From Octopus vulgaris (taxonomy: Eukaryota): DNA of 64,000 bases. Of the stretch, positions 1 to 10,330 are shown piece by piece. The stretch covers positions 26,102,001-26,166,000 of the forward strand of contig OX597820.1 of assembly GCA_951406725.2 (NCBI GenBank), written 5' to 3'. The translations under genes and the position numbers were made by a program. The notes under the pieces are model-generated. The model did not search any database, had not been told where the DNA came from, and was given only the letters and a program-made list of their open reading frames with translations. Each line of letters begins with the position of its first letter. The stretch's first letter is position 1.

Positions 1-1904
1 AGCACCACCAGCTCTATGTACACGTTACAGCTATTTTGTTGTACGCTAGTATGGCGCACACAAGATAAATATATGTTTAAACTAGCTTGCATTCCCCCCT
101 CCTCCTGTTTCTCTTTTTAATATGCCAACGTGCATCTCTTTCGTTTATCAATCTATCATCTATACACTCAACTCTCTCTCTCTCTCTCTCTCTCTCTTAT
201 TCTCCTTTGTTTCCTTATCTTCACATAGATGTAGATAGAATTATCCGTCTCTCTCTCAGCCTACATTTTGCGACGTGAATTGTATTGAAATGCACTAACG
301 CTTTATTTATTATTATTATTATTATTACTACTACTATTTTTACTTTGGAAGAAAATAAGGAGTGTTAAAATAACTTCCAAAGAAATAAAAAGATGTGTTT
401 TTGTATATTTCTCACGAAACAGTGGAGAAATCTGAAATATAAAAGAGCAGATTATAAAAGAAACCTTGACTTGAACAAATTAGGTTTGTTATGATAATAC
501 ATATGCTAAAAAGAAACTAATTTTTTGCGCGCATGTGAATTTCCCTTTCTTTCTCTGTATACATATGGTTAGATACGTGTGTTTATGTGTCTGTGTATGT
601 CTATGTGGTTAGTATATGTATACACGCAGGACAAACAGTCGATCTATTTTCGTTGGTGTATATAAACAGTTTAGAACTGTACTTTTCTGAGTCTGTATCG
701 CAAGGCTGAAAATACAAAATTCTGTATACGCTGTGTGCGCCCGTGTCCGTGTGTCTGTAAATGTTAAAACTGTTTATGCTGACTGCATCAACTCGTTCAT
801 TTTGTTGTCATGTGGAATTTTGATGGCTGGTTATGATGCAAGGCTTGGATGGCTAAAACATGATAGGGTCTTTGTAATAATTTCAGATGGCGATTTGTTT
901 TAATTCTGGATTATATCGAGGTTAAATTTACAATTTTTCATTGCTGTATTTAGGCACAGAGATCTCCTGATTCAAAAGATCTTTAATAACCTGAAGACAT
1001 CCCAGGTGTGATCATTTTCAAGATAGTATGGTTTGAGGGGGGGGAGTGTGGCTGCTATTTCTAGCACGTCGTGTGACTGACTACAGAGGCGCTTGTTCCT
1101 TCGTTGGTCGTTGTCTCTCGCTCATTTCAAATAGATGATAACTGAATAATATATGTCCGTGTCGCGTGTATATGCGAAAATAGATGACAAACGGATATTT
1201 ATTTTGTCGTTACTAAGGTGGGGGAAGGAAATATGTGAGTTTATTAAAAGAAATTTCAGTTTTTAAAAATGAAAAAAAATTGTGAACCTCTATTAAAATG
1301 TCGCCTTACTATTCCATAATTTTAGAAAAACCAAAACAAAACAAAGTATTTTAACAAATTATTCATTTTAGAGCAACGGCGCACTTTCTCACCAGCACCA
1401 CAATCACAGTGCACATGCACTCATTCACATTGTGTGTGTGTGTGTGAGAGTTTGTGTTTTCTAGGAGTGACTCTTGGTACTTAAGCAGAGCATGCAGTTT
1501 TAAAAATCAGTCATTTAATTGAAGCAGGGCTACATGTAACATGTATCGACCCTTTTTTCGAGCTATCTCTCATAATAACAGTTTATATTAAAATGGTATT
1601 TATTATGTGCATTTATTTGAAGTATACAGTGCCTACATTGCACTCATGTCTAAACACTTTATACATACATATTAACACACGGCCACATATATACATACAC
1701 TCTGCTGCTCCCCCCCCCCACACATTTTATTCGATTGCCGTTTCTGATCCTGTTTTTAATTTATTTCAGCTATAATAGTAGTAATATTTTTTTATTCGCT
1801 TCGATGGCCACAAAACGAATCACAATACAGTTCCGTGTAAATAAAGCACCATATCCACACGCACACATTCCAATGTGTGTGTGTGTGTGGTGTAATATGT
1901 GTTT

Positions 1905-1936
<32 letters not shown>

Positions 1937-2687
1937 CAGTCAATACAAGTAAATAATAATACTAATAATAAATTGGTAAAGGCGATGTTGGGGGTTGTGT
2001 TGTGGATAAACAAACAGCAGAAAAATTTTTTTATCATTTCCGTTTGGTAACCAAATAAGCGACGGATTTTTCGTCCCTTCCTCGCGCTGTCGTCCTAGCT
2101 ATGTCTGATGCATGTAAAGAATGTCTATTTAATTTCTGATGCCAGTTTTCGCTCCTGTATTCTCTCTCATTCTTCTGTGTTATTCCTGAATTTCATCATC
2201 CTCTTCCCGTTTTAAATGGCTAGCTAGCTAACCCATCCAATAATCCTGGTAGCACCTCTCTCTTTTCTGTATGGCAAGAGTGATTATGAATAATTTGAAG
2301 ACTTTTTTTTCGTTCATATATATCGCATCTATCTATCTGTACCTGTTTTTCACTACAGCTTTATACATACATTTCTATATATACATACATACATTTATAC
2401 ACACACACACGCATTAACATTATTTCATATTTATCGTTCTTGCTGTTATAAAATACAGAAGTATACAATTGCGTTAATTTTAATGAAATATATATATATA
2501 TTCTTTCATATTTCCTCACTGGATAATTATAATTCATATTATAGTTGATTTTGTCGTGGTGGAAGTAAATTGCTGCAAAATGTACGATCCAGTTTCTTCT
2601 TCCTGTTTCACCCACGCAATCGAGATCGCTTGACCTTCTAGAAATAGCAGTCAAATATTTCCTCTAGATCATTCTGTCTTTATATTA

Positions 2688-2719
<32 letters not shown>

Positions 2720-3900
2720 AAGTGCATATCAAAGAGTGTGGTCAGAGGTAAACTGTCTGAAAAAAAAAATACGATTGGAGCGTCGCTGAGCATAAGGCTG
2801 CTCTCTCAGGGTTGACTTAGGACTGAATATATATATGTTACATATTCTCGTTGTTTCAAAGGAAAATTTGAAAAGTCGTGGCTTTCTCCCAACTGTAAAA
2901 AAAAAAAAAGAAAAAAAAAAGAAATAATAATAAACAAATATTGCTTTCATCTTTTCTGGAAGTAAAATCTCAAATCGTATTGAGTCTTATCTTTCGTTCA
3001 TCCGAGCTCAGTGAAATGAGTTTAGATTAATCATACATGCTCTCTCCTTTCACATTTTGGGTCTTATACCCAAAATTCGAAATCGTCGTTGTTGCTGTTG
3101 TTATTAAGTTCAAGATGAGCTTCAACTGAGCCGACTTATTGAAGTTTATTCAAGCCATGACCATCTTGTCTGTATTTTTTTTTTTTTTATCCAGTGTACT
3201 TTTTTTCTTTTTTCCTGTGAGGTGTGATTTGAAAGAGATTTTTAGCTGGCTTGAACCATGCCGAGTTCTATCATAATCCACATTTTATACTTACAAATAT
3301 CTGTGGCTCCCTGCCAATGTAAGGAATTATCATTTATTTACATCTTCACTACTGTTTGATACACGAATCTGTCGGCTTCCGTCTCTCCCCATTTTTGTTA
3401 TATTTTCCTTCTTTTCTAGCTTTTAATGTTGTCGTTAGCATTTCGATGAGAGTTCTGATGAAATTATTTTAATGGCCTTCGATAATAGTGATGATGATGA
3501 TGATGAATTTTTCACTGCGTCATATTCGCCAGTCTTTTGTGTGCGTGTGTGTGTGTGTGTCACAATTGCCTCAGTCTGGATTTTTATGCTTGATCAAGCT
3601 GTTTCTGTTTTGTGTTGGTGGCGGCGGTGGTGGTAATGTACGGTCAGTTGCGGACAGTGCGGCTCCACCGACTGCTGGGTTTTAGCTTCCTTTTCATCTT
3701 GGCTTGTTTTCTTTAGAAACTATATTGTCTTCTCCTCAAATAACCAGCTCTGTACTTTGCTGTGCTAAGAGTGATGCATAGATATCATACTGTGTGTGTG
3801 TGTGTGTGTGTGTGAGTGAGAGAGAAAGAGAGAGAGAGAGAGAGCGTAAGGAATTGTCGTTGCTGCCTTCCCCCTTCCCTTCCCCTTTCTGTTCTGCTTC
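1..3900 (+). promoter_or_regulatory. CpG-retaining, putatively unmethylated promoter/5' region with (CT)n tracts and a possible non-coding first exon ending at 483
   Basis: CG dinucleotides are visibly frequent up to about 3.9 kb and rare afterwards, except in young repeats. There is a (CT)n tract at 172-197 and an A-rich stretch ending in a donor-like TAG|GTTTGT at 483/484, followed by T/G-rich sequence. The TSS itself is not visible. Confidence 0.4.
955..1110 (-). repeat. Dispersed repeat family F (SINE-like; hallmark GATTTGGCTGCTATTTCTAGCAGG on +)
   Basis: The same motifs recur at about 2615-2675 (opposite strand), 3100-3270, 16160-16290, 22200-22650 (split by a SINE), 30105-30325, 39005-39170 and 54810-54960. 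Confidence 0.65.
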
Positions 3901-4304
3901 CTCCTTGGGAGTCCAGTGGTCTAAGGACAATATTGTTACGTTTGATGAATCAAGCTTCACACATTAAACCACCAAGGAAGAAATGTGTACATAGGTGCTG
4001 TGTGTGTCTGAGTAAGCATGTTCAAGTTAATGTAAGAAGGTGGTGGTGGTGGTGGGGGGATGATGTCTGATGATGATATAGATTGTAGAAATGAGCAGAG
4101 GAATAAAAATCTAGACTGTCTCTTGTTTATTTGAACTTGTTTTTATTAATCTTCTCTGCCAAGTGGACAAAATATGGAGAACTATAGTGCTGTTTCTATG
4201 GCTGTTTGAATGAATGTCCTCTATTTCATTGTGTTTTGTTTGTGTGTGTGTGTATGTTGCTGTCACCAGTTGGCTTTAGAGACCAGATCCACTCCAATTT
4301 TTTT

Positions 4305-4668
4305 GTCTTTTATTTGTTTCAGGCATTGAACTGTGGCCATGCCGGGGCACCACCTTATAAGGTTTAGTTGATCAAATTAATCCCTGTTCATATTTTCTAA
4401 AAATCTGGAACTTATTCTGTTGGTTACTTTTTGCTGAACTACCAAGTCTTAGGGACATAAACGTTCCACCTCTTGTTGTCAAGCAACGATGGTGGGGAAC
4501 AAACATGCATACATATATACAACAGGCTTCTTTCAATTTCTGTCTATCACATCTACTCACAAGGCTTTGATCGGCCTTGAGCTGTAGTGGAAGACTTTAC
4601 ATAGTGGGACTGAACCTGGAACTTTGTAGTTTGGAAAGAAACTTATTACCACCCATCCACGCCTGTCT
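4305..4668 (-). mobile_element. tRNA-derived SINE family A, degenerate full-length copy
   Basis: Aligns by eye with the reverse complement of 5012-5428 and with 29104-29511. Confidence 0.8.
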
Positions 4669-4834
4669 TAACTATCTAAAAAGTTCAATTAACTGATCAT
4701 ATTGGAGTTATTTTTTGCTTGTGGATTTTAAATGACATCCATTGAGAAGGTATCCAAGCAACTATTAAGTTGCTCGGATACTCCCAGTTGATCAAAATTT
4801 TGTTTTACTCATAATATTACAAATGTAATAAGTG

Positions 4835-5640
4835 TAAGCATGGCTATGTGGTTAATAAGCTCACTTTACAATCACATGGTTTTAGGTTCAGTCTGACTGC
4901 ACGGCACCTTGGGCAAATGCCTTCTACACTAGCCCCATGACATTCAGTACTTTGTAAGTGAATTTGGTAGACGGAAATTATGTAGAAGCCCATCCTATGT
5001 ATAGATATACATAGGCGTGGCTGTGTGTAAGAAGCTTGTTTCCCAACCACATGGTTCTGGGTTCAGTCCCACTACGTGACACCTTGGACAGGTGTCTTCT
5101 ACTATAGCCTCAGGCCAACCAAAGTCTTGTGAGTGGATTTGGTAGATGCAAGCTGAAAGAAACCCATCATATGTATGTGTGTGTGTGTATATATATATAT
5201 ATTTATGTGTGTGTCTTTGTGTCTGTGTTTGTACCCCCACCATCATTTAACAACTGATGTTGGTGTATTTATGTCACTGTAACTTAGTAGTTCAGCAAAA
5301 GATATTGATAAAATAAGTACTAGGCTTACAAAGAATAAGTCCTGTGGTCAATTTCTATGACTAAAAAAGCCTTTAAGGTGGTGCTCCAGCATGGCCACAG
5401 TCAAATGACTGAAACAAGTAAAAGAATATGTGTGTTTATTTATTCTCCCACTACCAGTGCTTGGCAAGTAGTTTGTTTATAACCCTGTAACTTAGCAGTT
5501 CAGCAAAAGAGACCAATAGAATAAGCATTAGACTTCAAAAAATAAGTGGTGGGATTGATTTGTTGGACTAAAATCCGCTTTCGAGATGGTGCCCCAGCAT
5601 GGCTGCAGTCCAGTGACTGAAACAAGTAAAAGGTAAAACA
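4835..5640 (+). mobile_element. SINE family A cluster: head fragment (4835-4996), full copy (5012-5428) and 3' half (5470-5640)
   Basis: Pol III A-box TGGCTGTGTG and B-box GGTTCAGTCCC, a CORE-like CACCTTGGGCAA segment, an internal (TG)n/(TA)n tract and the tail GACTGAAACAAGTAAAAG. Confidence 0.85.
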
Positions 5641-5686
5641 TGCAAGACCTGTAAATTAGAGACTCTTGATTCAAGTTTAACAGCCA

Positions 5687-5923
5687 TTTCTTTATTACCC
5701 ACAAGGGGATAAACATAGAAGGGACAAACACGGACAGACATAGGTATTAAGTTGATTACATCGACCCCCCAGTGCGTAACTGGTACTTAATTTATCGACC
5801 CTGAAAGGATGAAAGGTAAAGTCGACCTCGGCGGAATTTGAACTCACAACGTAACGGCAGACGAAATACCGCTAAGCATTTCGCCCGACGTGCTAACGTT
5901 TCTGCCAGCTCGCCGCCTTAATT
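5687..5923 (-). mobile_element. tRNA-derived SINE family B, young copy with 21-bp target-site duplication
   Basis: Minus strand reads GGCGGCGAGCTGGCAGAAACGTTAG...GAGTTCAAATTCCGCCGAGGTCGAC...TTTCATCCTTTC. CpGs are intact. TSD is TTGATTCA/CAGTTTAACAGCCA at 5666-5686 and 5924-5944. Confidence 0.9.
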
Positions 5924-6469
5924 TTGATTCCAGTTTAACAGCCACTAAATTTAGTGGCTTATGAATTTAAACACAAATGGTGCTCTTTAGCATCTCCTGA
6001 AAGCTAAATATTCTGACGAGTTTCTCAAATGTTTGTCCATTTAACCCATAAAGCGCTGGGATTTGCACTTACATAGCATGGACTGCTGAGCACATTTTAT
6101 GAAAATGAGACTACCATGCACACATAATTAAACAAAAAATAGTAAAGATATCTTCTTAGTATTTGGTGGAGAGTTTTACAACATCTGAGAAGTCATTATT
6201 TGAACTATTTAGTCCTCTTGCATTCTGTGGGGTATCGGAGTGTTTGAGTGATATTAGACCCCAACAAACACCTATAAATTAAATGCATCTATTGCGGCCT
6301 GTCGACTTGTGCCTGACGGCCATGATTGTGGCCTGTTGCGCTTTATGTGTTCAATTCTATCTTCATCTGAAACCTAGTCTGATGTTTATATCAAAGGAAA
6401 TGATATTTGCAACACTAATGTGTGTGGAGTGGTGTCGATGATTCTGTAGTTGCTATTGTTTTCTACTGC

Positions 6470-6699
6470 TTAACCCTCTTTTGTTACCAAATTTCTGTTG
6501 AACTACTCTGCCTTTGTTTCAGTTATTTCAAAATAATAAAGAATTTAGTAAAATAACTCTGTCATTATTAATCCAATGTGTGGAATATAATTTAACATGA
6601 ACTTTTGATGGAAGTTTTTAATTCAGAGAACTTCAAAATAGGAATTTTGTGTCATAGAATCATGAGTGGTTGCAGACAGGTTAGTATCAAAAGGTTTAA
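6470..6699. mobile_element. piggyBac-type MITE (TTAA-flanked, about 230 bp), family P1
   Basis: Ends are TTAACCCTCTTTTGTTACC...AGTATCAAAAGGTTTAA. A second copy is at 42089-42326. Confidence 0.7.
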
Positions 6700-7229
6700 C
6701 ACAGTTGAATATGGTATGGGAAGTTAAAATTCCAGCAATCTTTTGGAGAAAGTATATGAAAAGTGAAAGTATTTGTTTAGTAATTTCTGTAAAAATGTTG
6801 TATTTCCTCAATTTTTTTTCAGTTGAATCACATATCTTTATGCAATTTTTATGTATGTGCTTGTGTGTGTATGTATATATTTTGCATATGTAAGTATATG
6901 TATCTTTATGGGTATACATGTCTGTGTATACACTGATACACATATGCATATACTTTATATACACAAATATACATACATATACAGAAAATACATAAACATA
7001 AGCGATTCAACTGAAAAGCATTGAAGAAATATAAAATTTGTTAAAGAAATTGACAAACAATTTTACTTTCACTTTTCACATATTTTCTCTGAAAGGTAGC
7101 CATAATTCCTATTGATGACAATTTCAGGATCTCTTTGGATGTTTTTATTATTCTGTCATTACTTACTGTGCAGATCTGTGATCTTCCTGTCATGACCATC
7201 CTGTCTAGGACTGTGTTATCCAGTATCTT

Positions 7230-7600
7230 TTTCTTTTTACTTGTTGCAATTATTGGACTGCGGCCATGCCAGGACACCAAGTTGAAGGGTTTTTTAGTTG
7301 AACAAATCAACCCCAGTACTTATTTTTTAGTCTAGTTTTTATTTCTTTCGATCTCTTTTACTGAACTGCAAATTTGCAGGGATGTAAACAAAGCAACATT
7401 AGTTGTCAAGGGGTGGGGGTGGAGAGAACACACACACACATATCCACAATGGACTTTGATACATTTTCAGTGTACCAATCCCACACACATGGCATTGGTT
7501 GACCTAAGGCAATAGTAGAAAGCACTTGCCCAGGATACCGTAAAGTGGGACTGAACCTTGCAAATTGAGCTTCTTAACCACAGAGTCATACCTGTGCTTA
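7230..7600 (-). mobile_element. SINE family A, degenerate
   Basis: Tail, body and head motifs match 29104-29511. Confidence 0.75.
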
Positions 7601-8034
7601 TGTGAGCAAAAAAAAAAAAGAATTGAGTTTAAAAGAAAACCACTCTGAGGAAAGTAGTAGTGGACTGCATTGGAAAAAACGAAATTGTCTGGTGTAGATT
7701 GTGAGTTTGGATAAGTTTTATGCTGTGAAGAGGAATCTTACTTTGGAACTGACATTTGATCTACGTGGAAAGATATTTTTTCAGCTGAGAATAATAACAG
7801 GGTTAAGTTGAAGGAGGATGGCATAAATATACAAAGTGTGTTGTTTAAAATAATGTATTTAAAACACACACACACACATGAACTTACAAAAAATTAAACT
7901 TTTTGTTTTGTCATGTAACTATACAAAATTGAATATTTTAATTCCTATTATTAATTTTTTTTTTTTGTTTTTACATTACATACAACCATTTTGTTTGTAT
8001 TCCATTTCCTCTCCCATCACCACCAGTGTCCTTG

Positions 8035-8260
8035 TTCATCATCATCATTGTTTAACATCTGTTTTCCTTGCTGGCATGGGTTGGACAGTTTGATAGTATC
8101 CAGTGAGCTGCAGGCTGGCACGCAATGTTCCAGTGTTGGCATTAGCATGAAACAGCTAGATGCTTTTCCTAACACTAGCTATATGACTGTACTGGATGCC
8201 TCTTTTTTGGGTGTGAGGTACCAGCACTAGTGGGATTGCCAAATAACTTGGCAAAGCAAC
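8035..8260 (-). mobile_element. RTE-type LINE 3' UTR fragment
   Basis: The (CAT)n-TTTAACATCTGTTTTCCTTGCTGGCATGGGTTGGAC terminus is shared with 21800-22182 and 23705-24350. Confidence 0.7.
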
Positions 8261-8339
8261 TTCATAGCATTACATTGTATATGCATGTTGTGTATTTTCA
8301 GTACAGTTGAAAATCTCTTTCCCTTCATTGCAAAGTGTC

Positions 8340-9235
8340 AGTCTTGACACCTCACCCTGTTACATAGACATAGTAGATAAACTGTGGGTCAGATAGCACT
8401 CCATCAGCATATGCCATGTTTGTGTAATCTAACTAGAAGCCACTGAGCTAAAAGATGTAAATGCATGGGCCCCAAAGGTGGGCTGTTTCAGCTGGACTAC
8501 ACTGTATCAGAGTATCTTGTAACGTGATACTCCTGTTTCAACAAGTGTCCTGTACCAGCTTTACTGAGGTTGAGGGCAACAATGATCTCACCAAATTTAT
8601 GCTTGTAGGTGAGCAGTTTAAAAAATTGATTCATATGCCAGTCACAGTTAAAAGGTTTGCTGATGTTGAAGGTAATAACACTGCTTTCACCAAATTCCTA
8701 GCAAACAGCATTACAGAGTAAGTCTCCTGTAGATGTGACTTTGTGAAAACTGTATTGGTGGTCCACTATGGAGGGAGAAAAATTCAATGTGTTGGTGAAT
8801 TTGTTATTAATGACTGTCTCCATTACCTTTAAGATATTGGAAGTGAGTGTGATAGAGTGCAGTTGGTTGAGAGATTGATCTTCAAGGGGAGAGGACAAAT
8901 TGTAGCATGCCAAAGATTAGGATATTCTGTTGAGAGGTAGAAAGAGTGAAATGGTCTATGAAAATAGGGATTACTTCTGGGAGCACATTGTTTGAGGGTA
9001 ATGCAAAGGATATTGTCAGACCCCTTTTAGTTTGAAACTGGGCATCAGACTGACCTGGAGATTAAACAATAACATATTGTGCTTCCGCTTCCTGTGGCAT
9101 AGAGCTTCATCTACCCATACTAAGCACCAAATATGTAGGTAGAAGGCACTATGTCTGCAGGTACTTCTGGGTGGTTATGAACATAGTTGGTGATGAGGTA
9201 TGAGCTTTTTTCCGTTTTGAGTTAGACATCCTTTT
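8340..9235 (-). mobile_element. CR1/Jockey-group LINE reverse-transcriptase fossil
   Basis: Minus-strand peptides KGSDNILCITLKQCAP, SITLTSNILKVMETVINNK, DHQYSFHKVTSTGDLL and GESSVITFNISKPFNCDWH match the RT motifs GPDGIP..LK.CAPE, PISLTS..SKVME, QYGFR..RSTGDLL and ALDISKAFD.VWH. Frameshifts and stops are present. Confidence 0.8.
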
Positions 9236-10129
9236 GACTCAATTAACTGCATTTTGGTCTTTAATAGAGTATTGTTGGGAAATATTTGTGTAACAATAGT
9301 GAAAAGAGGAGTGTAAAACAACTACCAGTAATTCTTTGAAGGATAACTTTTTCAGTAGATTCGAAATAAGTGGGAACATAAGAGTTGGTTTCTCTTTCCC
9401 TGTCTTTCTCTCTATCCTGCCAGATGTGACCAACAACACAACACCACTTACACACATTTGCATGAAGCCATATTCTCGATGAATCTTATAATTAATCTGA
9501 CTCATATAGATAGCCAATGGCAGAATTATGACAATACATCATGTTTTAAATTCTGAATAATTTTACTTTTTTTTTATTTATTTATATGTTTATATGCCCA
9601 TCCTTTTTGGGTAGTAGCTTTTTCTGATGACTAACTGAAGCTTCTGGTAAATTTCGTAGTTTTTGTTTCTAGCCCTTTTGAAATTGCATTTCTGCAAAAC
9701 AGTAAATGAATGTAATTCTGGTTTAACTTTTGACATTTTGAATTTTTTTTCTATTCTTTGGATTATTTTTCTTTTTGTTACTATTTTTCATTCAGTCTCT
9801 CTACATATGTATGGCCATCATTAATATTAAGTCACTTGTTAATATTTGTTGCTGGTAATGTTGTAAGCCGTGTTCTCTTTTGAAATCTTAGTTGATCATA
9901 GGCATTGTTGCCAGAAAACTGATGGCTATACGATGCTAGCGTTTGCTTATACATTGTAGCATAAGGTCTTGGAGGTTTCCTAGAAACTCAAAAGGTTATG
10001 GTTAGTTGTTTTTTAGTCTCAGGTTGAAAGAATGATTAAGCAGCTGAAAAATGTTGAACATGAAAGCATTTTATCAACCTGTTTAGCCCAGATAGACATC
10101 AAAACATGCATGGCCATACTGTGGCAGTC

Positions 10130-10330
10130 TTTACCTCTTCAGCATTTAAACTAGCCATATCTGGCCCAAATATTTTGCCTGTTTTATATCCAAACCAGTC
10201 TACAATGTCATTCTAAAAACAATCACATCATTTAAATCTCAAAGGTATGAGACAATGCATGATTAATTCAAAGCAGTGTGAATAAATAAGCATTAAATTT
10301 GACAGAATAATATGAATACTAAAGGGTTAA
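10130..10330. mobile_element. piggyBac-type MITE, family P2
   Basis: Degenerate TIRs (TTACCTCTTCAGCATT ... AATACTAAAGGGTTAA) around a non-coding interior of about 200 bp. Confidence 0.6.

Noticed and set aside
8520-8700. RT motif GE..VALDISKA apparently present twice
   Set aside because: Probably two fragments of the same LINE family or a small internal duplication, with no functional implication.
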